A DNA stretch of 47,637 bases from an uncultured Spirochaetales bacterium (GTDB taxonomy: Bacteria > Spirochaetota > Spirochaetia > JABEVK01): contig CAZUXL010000001.1 of NCBI GenBank assembly GCA_964624355.1, forward strand, positions 28,816 to 76,452, given 5' to 3'. The position numbers and the translations under genes are program-made. Each line of letters begins with the position of its first letter. Positions within the stretch are counted from its first letter, which is position 1. Positions 1 through 9,605 of the stretch are shown here, in pieces. Below the pieces are notes generated by a model. The model did no database searches. It was not told the origin of the DNA and saw only the letters and a list, made by a program, of their open reading frames with translations.

Positions 1-1511
1 CGGAGCTTTTCATTTTCACGGGGAATCAATACGAAATCTACGCCAATTATGAAAAGGATTTGAGTAAAAGTGCCAAGGTTTTAAGAGATAATTCCCTGCA
101 CAATCTGAAAAGGTCCCGTTCCAGTTCCTTTGCGGTATATCCCGATGGGAGCCTCTTGTTTTTCGCCAGTCCGGATTTGGATTGGAAGGTTTTTCCCGAT
201 TCAGAAGCCCTGGCAGGGATAAATCAGTTGAAATTGGAAAAGGTAAATGAAGGTAAATTTAACTTTACCGATGGAAAGTATCAATATAAAGCCATTTACA
301 AATACCAGGCCGGGTGGGATGTTTTCCTCGTGAGAGCCGAGGATCAGGATGTGTTCAATGAGGATTCCATGAGAGTTTTCTGGACCATCGCCCTGATTAT
401 TTTAATTTTCACCCTCATGGTGACTTTGGTGGCGGTATTGGTTCTCCGCCACATGTTCCGATTCGTGGATCGGATCACCGAGAGTCTCATGGCCATGCAG
501 AGAACTCAGGAATTGGATTTAATCGACCTGCCTAACGCCCCTAGCGATGATATTACCTACATGGCCATGAGTTTCAATTCCCTGTCGGTGACAGTGAAAA
601 ACCTTATGAGTATCTTTCGTCGCTTCGTTACCCAGGACGTGGCCACCAGAGCCTATAAGGATAGAACCATTAGATTGGAGGGGACTAAAAAGATTCTCAC
701 CATCCTTTTCACCGATATACGGGGTTTCACTTTCATGACCGAGACCCTGGGAAATGACATTATTAAACTTCTCAATCTCCATTACGATAAGGCCATTCGC
801 CACATCCAGGATAAAGATGGAATCGTGGGATCCATCATCGGAGATGCCCTTTTGGCCGTTTACGGGACCCTCGACGGGGCCTATGAAAAGAAGTCCCTGA
901 AGGCACTCCAGTCCGCCTACCTTATTCAAGATGTAGCTTCTGATTTAAGGGCGGCTATGAGAGCGAAAAAAGACAGCATTCTCCAAAACCGGGGGGAATT
1001 GACCCCCATGGAAGAGGATATTTACAAAGCCGTGTTATTGGAAGTGGGTGTGGGTATCGATGGGGGTGAGGTTTTTTACGGGAATATCGGCTCCTACGAA
1101 CGGATGACCAACACGGTGATTGGAGACAATGTGAACTCATCCAGTCGGCTGGAGGGTTTGACCAGGGTTTATCAGGTACCGGTGATTACCTCAGGGTTTG
1201 TAAAAAACGAGGTGGAGGCGGACTCCGGCGACTATTGGTTTGTGGAGCTGGATACGGTGCAGGTGAAAGGGAAAACGGAAGGTAAAAAAGTCTACTGGCC
1301 AGTGGAAAGAAAGAGTTTGACCCCGGAGTTGAAAGAACAACTTTTGGGACATATCGAGGGTCTCGAAGCCTACTACAGGGGTGATTGGCCCACGGCGGAA
1401 AAATTGATGAGTAAAGTTGGTCTGGAATTATCCCAGGTCTTTTTAGAGAGAATCGGGGGCCGCGCAGCACCCAGTAATTGGAACGGTATATGGGCAATGA
1501 CATCCAAGTAA
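1..1511 (+). CDS. Membrane-bound class III adenylate/guanylate cyclase (5' truncated by window edge)
   Basis: The frame is open from position 3, upstream of the TTG at 60. One TM helix and a HAMP-like linker precede the cyclase motifs ILFTDIRGFT, IGDALLAVYG, TVIGDNVNSSSRLEG and VKGK. Confidence 0.9.
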   Translation, partial: ELFIFTGNQYEIYANYEKDLSKSAKVLRDNSLHNLKRSRSSSFAVYPDGSLLFFASPDLDWKVFPDSEALAGINQLKLEKVNEGKFNFTDGKYQYKAIYKYQAGWDVFLVRAEDQDVFNEDSMRVFWTIALIILIFTLMVTLVAVLVLRHMFRFVDRITESLMAMQRTQELDLIDLPNAPSDDITYMAMSFNSLSVTVKNLMSIFRRFVTQDVATRAYKDRTIRLEGTKKILTILFTDIRGFTFMTETLGNDIIKLLNLHYDKAIRHIQDKDGIVGSIIGDALLAVYGTLDGAYEKKSLKALQSAYLIQDVASDLRAAMRAKKDSILQNRGELTPMEEDIYKAVLLEVGVGIDGGEVFYGNIGSYERMTNTVIGDNVNSSSRLEGLTRVYQVPVITSGFVKNEVEADSGDYWFVELDTVQVKGKTEGKKVYWPVERKSLTPELKEQLLGHIEGLEAYYRGDWPTAEKLMSKVGLELSQVFLERIGGRAAPSNWNGIWAMTSK

Positions 1512-2935
1512 ATCAATTGATCGATACGACAAAAGAAAGTTTTCTCAATGTACCCTTTTCCCACGAACCGGCTGGGGGGGAATTTTACAATCTGGAAACG
1601 GAGTTTGCAGGGACTAAAAAAAATCGAAGCTATTTCGTCACCCTGCTCATGCTGGGGTTTTTTGCCTTGGTGGGGGCTGGGGCCTGGATTCTTTATCTGG
1701 CCATTGAAGAGGGAAATAAAAAATTCGATGTCCAGGTGGTGGATTTTGAAGAATTAAAGATCCGAGAAGCCTTCGATGCACTTCAAAAAGACCGTGCCAC
1801 CTTGGCCACCCTCACACGGGAAATACAAAGACTTAGTGATGAATTTCGCCAGCAGGAACAACGGATTACCTTGGATATCTCCAGTAAAAAGGAGGCATTC
1901 CTCCAGTCCGGTCTAGTGGATGCTTCCACTTCCTCTGGTCAAATCGCCTCGGAGGGCTTGAAGCAGTTGGAAATACTTAGAAATCTCTACCTGCCTCAAC
2001 TGGAGACCAAAAAATTGGAATTGCAGGGCTTACAAGAAAAAGTGGCCACCCAGGAATCCGATTTGGCCCCTCTTCTGCAAGGACGAGAAGCTTTTACCAA
2101 CAATCAGCAGAAACTCTTCGACCGTCAGCGGGAAGACCTGGCTACTTTTTATGAAAACCGCCTCAACAGTCAAAAAAATGAGTGGACTCGAATTGTTCAG
2201 CAACAGGAAAGAGCCAGGGCTGTGCTCATAAAAACGCTTAACGATCGGCGGGAGAGAGAGTTGGCGGATCAAGAGATCAAGTACAATCCTCTCTTTGAAG
2301 ATCCAAAAATAGTAAGCTTGGTGGGAGAGGTTATTGCCCCCAATGGAACAAAATCCTTAACTGATCCGGGGATTCTCATCAGGGAGGGGGTACTTACCCA
2401 AGAGTATCTGGACTCTATTACCGCAGATTTCGATGATCTCCGGTTCCTCATGGCAGAGCTTAAAAAAATTCCCTATGTAAATTCCATCCCCGGTGTTTTA
2501 CAGGCCGTGGATAGTTTGGCTGCGGGGGCATTAACCAAAACCGACGCTCTTTTACCCCTGATCGACAAGGCGGTGGAGGGGAAAAATCAGATTATTACGG
2601 AAAAAGACCTCCTAATTGAGCAAAAGACCCAGGAGGTGCTTCGCCTACAGGATTATCTGTTGGGCTTGGCGGGAAAAATTGGCGGAGATGGGTACATCTT
2701 GGCTTTTTCCAGCGGTCGGGATTACAAGGTGGTTTTACGGAACTCCCAGGGTGCTAAAGCGGGGGATAAGTTTCGCATCACCCGGAACATTCCCAGTTTT
2801 GGGGGATCCATGGTAGAAATGGAAGTGGGGGAACTGGATCTGATAGAATTGCAGGATCAATGGATTGCCAGGTTAACTTCCCAGAAGCAGGCCACAGTTC
2901 TTCCGGAAATTCAGGACAGATTAATTAGAAAGTAA
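1490..2935 (+). CDS. Hypothetical single-pass membrane protein with long coiled coil
   Basis: Long ORF overlapping the cyclase stop; ATG at 1490; one hydrophobic helix (YFVTLLMLGFFALVGAGAWILYL) followed by a Q/E/L-rich helical region. Confidence 0.75.
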   Translation: MGNDIQVNQLIDTTKESFLNVPFSHEPAGGEFYNLETEFAGTKKNRSYFVTLLMLGFFALVGAGAWILYLAIEEGNKKFDVQVVDFEELKIREAFDALQKDRATLATLTREIQRLSDEFRQQEQRITLDISSKKEAFLQSGLVDASTSSGQIASEGLKQLEILRNLYLPQLETKKLELQGLQEKVATQESDLAPLLQGREAFTNNQQKLFDRQREDLATFYENRLNSQKNEWTRIVQQQERARAVLIKTLNDRRERELADQEIKYNPLFEDPKIVSLVGEVIAPNGTKSLTDPGILIREGVLTQEYLDSITADFDDLRFLMAELKKIPYVNSIPGVLQAVDSLAAGALTKTDALLPLIDKAVEGKNQIITEKDLLIEQKTQEVLRLQDYLLGLAGKIGGDGYILAFSSGRDYKVVLRNSQGAKAGDKFRITRNIPSFGGSMVEMEVGELDLIELQDQWIARLTSQKQATVLPEIQDRLIRK

Positions 2936-2958
2936 AAAAAAACAGACCTGCTTAGGAC

Positions 2959-2987
2959 TTGAATAGGACCCTTAGATTCCCTATAAT
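2959..2987 (+). promoter_or_regulatory. Sigma70-type promoter of fusA
   Basis: TTGAAT (2959-2964), 17-bp spacer, TATAAT (2982-2987). Confidence 0.75.
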
Positions 2988-3036
2988 GCGGGGAATCTAT
3001 TGGTTAATCAATTATTTTAGCGAGGTCTGTGCTTTT

Positions 3037-5127
3037 ATGAAAATGGACATTTCCAAGATGCGGAATATCGGTATTTCTGCCCATATCGATTCGGGAAAAA
3101 CAACTCTTACCGAACGTATTCTATTTTACGCAGGAAGAATCCATGCCATTCACGAAGTGAGAGGTAAGGATGGAGTGGGAGCCACTATGGACTCCATGGA
3201 GTTGGAAAGGGAGCGGGGAATCACCATTCAGTCCGCTGCCACCGCAGTTTCCTGGAAAGATTACTTTGTAAACGTTATCGATACCCCTGGTCACGTGGAC
3301 TTTACCATCGAAGTGGAAAGGTCACTTCGGGTTCTGGACGGGGCTATTCTGGTTCTTTGTTCCGTAGCCGGAGTTCAATCCCAGTCCATCACGGTGGATC
3401 GTCAGATGAAACGGTATTCCGTTCCTCGCCTAGCCTTCGTGAACAAGTGTGACCGTACCGGTGCCAATCCCTTTAAAGTAAAAGATCAACTTATTGAAAA
3501 ACTGAATCACAACGCAATTTTGATGCAGCTCCCTATTGGTCTTGAAGATAAGCACGAAGGAATCATCGATCTGGTAACCATGAAAGCCTACTACTTTGAA
3601 GGCGAGGATGGAATGGATATCATTGAAAAAGATATCCCCACCGAATACACCAAACAGGCTGAAGAATATCGGGAAAAGATGATCGATGCGGTTTCTATGT
3701 ACTCCGATGATCTGGCTGAGGCCTACCTGGAGGGCAAAGAAATGCCCCCAGCAATGATCTACGATGCGGTGAGAAAGGGTTGTATTTCTCTTACCCTCAC
3801 CCCAGTTTTCTTAGGTTCAGCTTATAAAAACAAGGGTGTTCAACTATTGTTGGATGCGGTGACCCGGTTCCTTCCCTCTCCCAAAGACCGACCAGTGACT
3901 TGTCTTGACCTGGACAATAACGAAACCGAAGTGACTCTCCAGGCTGTGGACAGCATGAAGACCGTCGCTCTGGCGTTTAAATTGGATGACGGACAGTACG
4001 GTCAATTGACTTACGTTCGAATTTACCAAGGGGAAGTGAAGAAGGGGATGGAGCTCTACAACATCCGAACCCAGAAGAAATTCAAGGTCGGCCGTCTGAT
4101 GAAGATGCACGCCAACCATACCGAGGATATCGAAGAAGCCGGAGCCGGGGACATCGTAGCCCTCTTTGGTGTGGAATGCGCCACCGGTGATACCTTCTGC
4201 GATCCTTCTTTGAACTACTCCATGACCTCCATGTATGTGCCAGCGGCTGTGATTTCCCTTTCTATCACCCCGGTGGATAAAAAATCTGGAGACCAATTAG
4301 CTAAAGCTCTCAATAGATTTACAAAAGAAGATCCTACTTTCAGAACCTTTGTGGACCAAGAATCCAATCAGACCATTATCCAGGGAATGGGTGAACTTCA
4401 CTTGGAAGTTTATGTGGAACGGATGAAACGGGAATATAAATGTGAAGTAACGACTGGTATGCCCCAAGTGGCTTATCGGGAAACCGTCACGGAAGTGGCC
4501 GACTTTAATTATACACACAAGAAGCAAACGGGTGGTTCCGGTCAATACGCCCGGGTAGCTGGTAGTATGGCTCCTTACGCTGAAGCCGATTATCTATTTG
4601 TGGACAATATTAAGGGTGGGTCTATTCCCAATGAATACATTCCTTCCTGTGATAAAGGCTTTCAGTCCTCCTTATACAAAGGATCTCTGATTGGATTCCC
4701 CATCGTGGGTGTGAAGATGACCATCAATGATGGTGCATGGCATCCCGTGGACTCTTCCGACCTGGCATTCCAACAAGCCGCTATTGGTGCATTCAGGGAA
4801 ACCTATCTAAAGGCAAAACCAATAATTTTGGAGCCCTTGATGAAAGTTGTGGTGGAAGGTCCTACTGAGTTCCAGGGAAACATTTTCGGTTCCATTAACC
4901 AACGCCGTGGTGTGATTTTGACTTCCACTGAAGATGGTCAATTTTGTCAGGTTGATGCGGAAGTACCCCTTTCTGAGATGTTCGGTTATTCCACAGTTCT
5001 CCGGTCCATGTCCCAGGGCAAGGCGGAGTTTACCATGGAATTCCTGAGATACGGCAAGGTTCCTAACAACGTGTCTGAAGACCTGAAAAAAGCCTACGAA
5101 GCCAAGCGAAAAGCTGACCAGAAATAA
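3037..5127 (+). CDS. fusA: Elongation factor G (spirochaete/mitochondrial EF-G1-like)
   Basis: Motifs [40 protein letters not shown] and GMGELHLE. The switch region [19 protein letters not shown] is typical of the EF-G1 subgroup. Start moved to ATG 3037, downstream of the promoter and a GAGG. Confidence 0.97.
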   Translation: MKMDISKMRNIGISAHIDSGKTTLTERILFYAGRIHAIHEVRGKDGVGATMDSMELERERGITIQSAATAVSWKDYFVNVIDTPGHVDFTIEVERSLRVLDGAILVLCSVAGVQSQSITVDRQMKRYSVPRLAFVNKCDRTGANPFKVKDQLIEKLNHNAILMQLPIGLEDKHEGIIDLVTMKAYYFEGEDGMDIIEKDIPTEYTKQAEEYREKMIDAVSMYSDDLAEAYLEGKEMPPAMIYDAVRKGCISLTLTPVFLGSAYKNKGVQLLLDAVTRFLPSPKDRPVTCLDLDNNETEVTLQAVDSMKTVALAFKLDDGQYGQLTYVRIYQGEVKKGMELYNIRTQKKFKVGRLMKMHANHTEDIEEAGAGDIVALFGVECATGDTFCDPSLNYSMTSMYVPAAVISLSITPVDKKSGDQLAKALNRFTKEDPTFRTFVDQESNQTIIQGMGELHLEVYVERMKREYKCEVTTGMPQVAYRETVTEVADFNYTHKKQTGGSGQYARVAGSMAPYAEADYLFVDNIKGGSIPNEYIPSCDKGFQSSLYKGSLIGFPIVGVKMTINDGAWHPVDSSDLAFQQAAIGAFRETYLKAKPIILEPLMKVVVEGPTEFQGNIFGSINQRRGVILTSTEDGQFCQVDAEVPLSEMFGYSTVLRSMSQGKAEFTMEFLRYGKVPNNVSEDLKKAYEAKRKADQK

Positions 5128-5137
5128 GGAGATCCCC

Positions 5138-5842
5138 ATGGTAAAATCTGAGTTAATCAAACAAAGCCCTTTAAGGATTCTGGATGACTCCACCCATGGT
5201 GGAGTCGGAATTGGAAATATTGGTGTTCTCGCCGCTCGTCAGGGGACAGGCAAAACTGCAGCATTAGTGCATTTGGCCATCGATAAGCTTTTTCAGGACA
5301 AGCATGTCATTCACGTGACATTTTCCCAGAGACCTGACCATATTTTGGCTTATTACGAAGAGATTTTCACGGAAATTTCCAAGTTAAAACACTTGGAAGG
5401 GGCTATGGCTGTCCACGATGATGTGATCAGAAATCGTACGATTATGAACTTCAACGATCAGAAAGCCTCCAGTACCACCCACGTGATTGAAAGTTTGAAT
5501 GCCCGGATTAAAGAAGGGGCGTTTAAAGCAAATACAGTCATCATCGATGAGTTTGACTTTGCCCACAGTACTCCTGCGGATATTAAGGCTTTTAAAGCCT
5601 TTGCCTTAGCGCAAAATCTGGAAATTTGGTTTTCCATATCTTTGGATAAGGAATCTGACGCCCAGCTGGCCCACGACGTGCCTGAAGTGCTGAAGAATTT
5701 TGTGGAAGAAGTGGCAGTCCTTATTAATCTCAAGCCTTCTAAGGGGCGAATTCACTTTGCACTGATTAAAGATCATGGACACAAACCTGCGGATCTTCAT
5801 CTGCTTTTGGATACAAAAACTCTGCTGATCGTTAAGGAATAA
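5138..5842 (+). CDS. RecA/KaiC-like P-loop ATPase domain protein
   Basis: Walker A-like ARQGTGKT and Walker B-like TVIIDE; RBS AGGAG; 10 bp downstream of fusA. Confidence 0.7.
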   Translation: MVKSELIKQSPLRILDDSTHGGVGIGNIGVLAARQGTGKTAALVHLAIDKLFQDKHVIHVTFSQRPDHILAYYEEIFTEISKLKHLEGAMAVHDDVIRNRTIMNFNDQKASSTTHVIESLNARIKEGAFKANTVIIDEFDFAHSTPADIKAFKAFALAQNLEIWFSISLDKESDAQLAHDVPEVLKNFVEEVAVLINLKPSKGRIHFALIKDHGHKPADLHLLLDTKTLLIVKE

Positions 5843-5856
5843 TTTCACTGGAAATT

Positions 5857-5888
5857 AAAAAACTGGCCCAAGAGGCCAGTTTTTTTTT
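5857..5888. terminator. Bidirectional intrinsic terminator
   Basis: AAAAAACTGGCC-CAAGA-GGCCAGTTTTTTTTT between convergent genes. Confidence 0.9.
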
Positions 5889-5912
5889 GCTCACAGGATG
5901 GAAATAGAAAAA

Positions 5913-6578
5913 CTATCTTACCGTCATGACGCCAATTTTTGGACAAAAGGAGAGAAACATACAAGCGGAACATCGCGGAGCTGCGGGAGTACAAACCTCT
6001 TGTCCAAAGGTGACGATCAGTTCGTTTGCTTCAATCCAGTACTCTTCTGGAAGGATTTTCATCAGTTCTTTTTCTGTCTCTTCAGGGGATTGGGTGCTCA
6101 CCCATCCTGCCCGATTGGAAAAGCGATGTACATGGGTATCCACGCAAATGGCTTTGAGATTAAAGGCCAGGTTGAGTACTAAATTGGCAGTTTTATTGCC
6201 AACACCGGGGAGCTTTAAAAGCTCAGACTGGGAACTGGGGACAACGGAGTTAAAATTCTTCCATAAATTTTCTGATATCTCCACAATTTGTTTTGCTTTT
6301 GTTTTATAGAATCCTGCTGGGAAAATCAGTTCTGATATTTCCTCTTCCGTGAGTTGTGCCATTTTTTCCGGAGTTGATGCTTTGGCGAATAATCGGTTAG
6401 AGGCAGCCAGGGTGATATTATCTTTAGTTCGCAGGGATATAAGGGTAGAAATTAGAATTTGAAAAGGACTAGCCCCTTCTTTGTGCAGCTTTATCAGGGT
6501 AGGTGATTCCCCTTCCTCCTGACAGTATTCTCGCAATGCGTGAAAAGCTGCTTTAATGGGAAGGGGCGTCGTGGTCAT
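5913..6578 (-). CDS. nth: Endonuclease III
   Basis: HhH motif LPGVGNKTAN, VDTHVHR, and 4Fe-4S motif C-x6-C-x2-C-x5-C. Confidence 0.95.
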   Translation of the reverse strand: MTTTPLPIKAAFHALREYCQEEGESPTLIKLHKEGASPFQILISTLISLRTKDNITLAASNRLFAKASTPEKMAQLTEEEISELIFPAGFYKTKAKQIVEISENLWKNFNSVVPSSQSELLKLPGVGNKTANLVLNLAFNLKAICVDTHVHRFSNRAGWVSTQSPEETEKELMKILPEEYWIEANELIVTFGQEVCTPAAPRCSACMFLSFCPKIGVMTVR

Positions 6579-7099
6579 TAGCTGCCTTCAATTTCCAGTT
6601 TGGAAAAAATTAGTTCTTCAACTTCGTTTTGAGGCTTTTCCAAGGAAAAAGTGATCTCATCCACAAGGATTTTTAGAGCGCTGTCGTAAAGTTTTCTTTC
6701 CAGAACGGGAAGTTCCTTCACTTTGCTGCGATGGTATAAATTTCTAACCACTAAGGCAATATCCGTGACAGCGCCGTGTTTTAACAGGTCCAAATTCATC
6801 TGATACCGGAGTTTCCAATCGGTGGTTAAGGGTTCGGATTCCATTCCAATGATGCGGAGGGCTTCTTGAGCCTCATCTTCTTCCACGATCTTACGGATAC
6901 CTATTTCTACGGCCTTATCCACAGGGACCATGACGGTCATGTCCGTTACTTTCAAATAAATTTGATAATAAAGTAAGGTTTTACCCCGGAAATCTCTTTT
7001 TTGGATTTCCTTAACATGACCTACGCCCTGGAGGGGGTAAACGATTTTTTGATTAACTCGAAATTGGGTTTCTGTCGTTCCCACTGTTAGTTCAGGCAT
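6578..7099 (-). CDS. carD: CarD family RNA polymerase-binding regulator
   Basis: FRVNQKIVYPLQGVG, VMVPV, DWKLRY (conserved Trp), ERKLY. Confidence 0.9.
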   Translation of the reverse strand: MPELTVGTTETQFRVNQKIVYPLQGVGHVKEIQKRDFRGKTLLYYQIYLKVTDMTVMVPVDKAVEIGIRKIVEEDEAQEALRIIGMESEPLTTDWKLRYQMNLDLLKHGAVTDIALVVRNLYHRSKVKELPVLERKLYDSALKILVDEITFSLEKPQNEVEELIFSKLEIEGS

Positions 7100-7105
7100 G
7101 AGCGT

Positions 7106-7134
7106 ATAATAACAGAAAAAAACACCATTGTCAA
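7106..7134 (-). promoter_or_regulatory. Sigma70 promoter of carD-nth, probably leaderless
   Basis: Minus strand: TTGACA, 17 bp, TATTAT, 6 nt, ATG; no Shine-Dalgarno. Confidence 0.7.
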
Positions 7135-7146
7135 AGCCTGGACAGA

Positions 7147-7959
7147 CTAGGGGTTAAGGATATTAATAATCCCGAAAATAAGCGCTGTCAAGCCCCCGAT
7201 TCCTAAAACGATAGCTCCTATGAGAAAACCAGTTTCTGCTCCCACGGCGGCCTTTATTATTTCCTCTTCCGATTTGGTGGTGATGAGAAACAAATTATTG
7301 GATTTTTCAGGTTTTTTTACTTTTACGGTGCCGGACTCGTCGGAGGCTTCACCCACAATGAATGCATCTTTATCCACGGGGAGGACAAATTCCTCAGAGC
7401 GATAACCCAAGGTGTGTCTTCCACCGGTAAGAAAACCCGCTGAAGGGTTTAACAGAAAATTACCAATACGAAAGCCTGAAGTAGGATCTCCCGGCTGAAA
7501 GCTGGAATGGGATTTAAGACTTTGGATGTCGGCCCCTTCTGGATCCACGGTAATACTGCCTGTATTATCAAGGATTTCAAAAGGCGTGGATCGAATGTTG
7601 GAGGCCACTACTTCACTTCCCCTGCGGGTTTGTTGTACTTGGCGACCTTCGGAATCCGGTTCAATAACGGTTTCCTCATATTCCCGAGAAACGGTATACG
7701 AGTACCAAACACAGGGTTGATTGGATAACTCAGACCGTAAGGGGTTGTTACAGGTGATTTTACCTTTTAACTCCACCATTTCGCGAAAACTTCCGGTACC
7801 CAGTTCTGCACCCACAGCGGCGGCAGTTGTTAGAAGCTCTTTAGCGTTGGATGTTTTTGTTGCTTTAATGGTTTCAATTTTTGATGCATTTTTTTTAAAT
7901 CCATAATAGAAGCCCCCTGAAAGGGCTAATCCTAAGATTCCACCAATAATAAGTATCAT
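7147..7959 (-). CDS. GIDE-domain-like membrane protein
   Basis: N- and C-terminal TM helices flank a soluble domain with VELKG...PLRSELS..PCVWY, PFEILDNTGSITVDP and EFVLPV, a pattern I associate with the GIDE family. Confidence 0.65.
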   Translation of the reverse strand: MILIIGGILGLALSGGFYYGFKKNASKIETIKATKTSNAKELLTTAAAVGAELGTGSFREMVELKGKITCNNPLRSELSNQPCVWYSYTVSREYEETVIEPDSEGRQVQQTRRGSEVVASNIRSTPFEILDNTGSITVDPEGADIQSLKSHSSFQPGDPTSGFRIGNFLLNPSAGFLTGGRHTLGYRSEEFVLPVDKDAFIVGEASDESGTVKVKKPEKSNNLFLITTKSEEEIIKAAVGAETGFLIGAIVLGIGGLTALIFGIINILNP

Positions 7960-8053
7960 TCAATCTCCTCTGCCGCCTGAATGACGGGTATGGGGTTTAT
8001 TATAGTTGATTGGAATGAAAGTGCAAGATTGAAAAGCGAAACAACTTCGGGTC

Positions 8054-8082
8054 TTGATTTAAAGTCCTTTGGTGGCTAGAAT
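8054..8082 (+). promoter_or_regulatory. Sigma70 promoter of pyk
   Basis: TTGATT, 17 bp, TAGAAT; GGAGG precedes the ATG at 8122. Confidence 0.65.
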
Positions 8083-8121
8083 ACGTACCGAATTGGCCCC
8101 TGTGGGCCCATCGGAGGAACC

Positions 8122-9549
8122 ATGGTCAAAAAACAGACTAAAATCGTGGCAACTATTTCGGACATGAATTGCGAAATAGAACATATCCGGGCTCTTCATG
8201 AAGCCGGGGTCAATGTGGTGCGGCTCAATACCGCTCATCAAAAAGAAGACGACACCTTAAAGGTGATCAACAACGTCCGGGCAATCAGCGATAAAATCGC
8301 CTTGCTCTTGGATACCAAAGGTCCTGAAGTCCGAACTGCGGGCATTGAGAACCCTATTGAAATCACAGAAGGCGAAATCATTAAGATTTTTGCCACTACT
8401 GTCCCTGCCGGAGTAAAAGGTTTCGCCACCAACTACGATGGATTTGTCCGCGAAGTGCCTCTGGGAGCCAAGGTTCTCATTGACGATGGTGAAACCGCCA
8501 TGGAAGTGGTGGAAAAGACCAAAGATTTCCTGGCTGTTAAAATTGGGAATTCTGGTAAAATCAAAAATAGAAAATCCGTGAACGTTCCTGGAGTTTCTTT
8601 GACTCTGGCTTCCATAACAGAAAAAGATCGGAACTACATTAAGTTCGCCGCAGATCACGATTTGGATTTTGTGGCTCACTCCTTCGTTCGCCATAAACAA
8701 GACGTTTTGGATGTTCAGGCGCTTTTGGATCAGTATGGTTCCAAAGCCAAGATCATTGCAAAAATTGAGAACCGCCAAGGTGTGGAAAATATTGATGAAA
8801 TTTTGGATGTGGCCTACGGTGTGATGGTTGCCCGTGGTGACCTAGGTATCGAAGTTCCTGCGGAAGAAGTGCCCATTATGCAGAAGATGATGATCCGAAA
8901 GTGCATCGAAAGAGCCAAACCCGTGATCACCGCCACTCAAATGCTGCACACCATGATTGAAAATCCCCGCCCCACCAGAGCGGAAGTCAGCGACGTGGCC
9001 AATGCCGTTTTTGACGGGACTGACGCTATTATGCTTTCCGGTGAGACTGCTTACGGTAAGTATGGACTGGAAGCTGTGCAGGTTATGACCAGAATTGCTC
9101 TCCAAGTGGAATCCACCAGAGAGAAATTCCGGAATCACCCTGTGTACAACAGTACCAACCAACTCCGGGATTATATGTCCAAATCAGCCATTTCTGCGGT
9201 GGAAAGTCTTCCCGTGAAAGCCTTGGTCATCGACTCCCTCACCGGCCGTTCTGCCCGGATCATTTCCACCTACCGAGCGGACATTCCTGTCTTCGTGAAA
9301 GCCCATGATCCTAAAGTTGTCCGTCAACTTTCCATGAGTTATGGTATTTATCCCGACTACCTGCCCCTGCCTAAGACCACCGCTCAGCTGGTGACTCAGT
9401 CTTTGGAAGACCTGCTCACCGACAACGATCTTAAAAAAGATGATTTGATTGTGGTACTTGCCGGAACTCCCGGGGACTTGGAAGGGTCTAACTTCCTGGA
9501 AATCAATACTGTGGAAAAAATCCTCGCTGGACACAAAGGTCAGAAGTAA
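8122..9549 (+). CDS. pyk: Pyruvate kinase
   Basis: Motifs TKIVAT, LDTKGPEVRT, IIAKIEN, MVARGDLG, ATQML, PTRAEVSDVANA and MLSGETA. Confidence 0.97.
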   Translation: MVKKQTKIVATISDMNCEIEHIRALHEAGVNVVRLNTAHQKEDDTLKVINNVRAISDKIALLLDTKGPEVRTAGIENPIEITEGEIIKIFATTVPAGVKGFATNYDGFVREVPLGAKVLIDDGETAMEVVEKTKDFLAVKIGNSGKIKNRKSVNVPGVSLTLASITEKDRNYIKFAADHDLDFVAHSFVRHKQDVLDVQALLDQYGSKAKIIAKIENRQGVENIDEILDVAYGVMVARGDLGIEVPAEEVPIMQKMMIRKCIERAKPVITATQMLHTMIENPRPTRAEVSDVANAVFDGTDAIMLSGETAYGKYGLEAVQVMTRIALQVESTREKFRNHPVYNSTNQLRDYMSKSAISAVESLPVKALVIDSLTGRSARIISTYRADIPVFVKAHDPKVVRQLSMSYGIYPDYLPLPKTTAQLVTQSLEDLLTDNDLKKDDLIVVLAGTPGDLEGSNFLEINTVEKILAGHKGQK

Positions 9550-9576
9550 GCATTTATTTCAACATGTTTAATTTGG

Positions 9577-9605
9577 AAGGACCCACTGAAAAGTGGGTCT
9601 TTTTT
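9577..9605. terminator. Intrinsic terminator after pyk
   Basis: GACCCACT-GAAA-AGTGGGTC followed by a T run. Confidence 0.85.
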
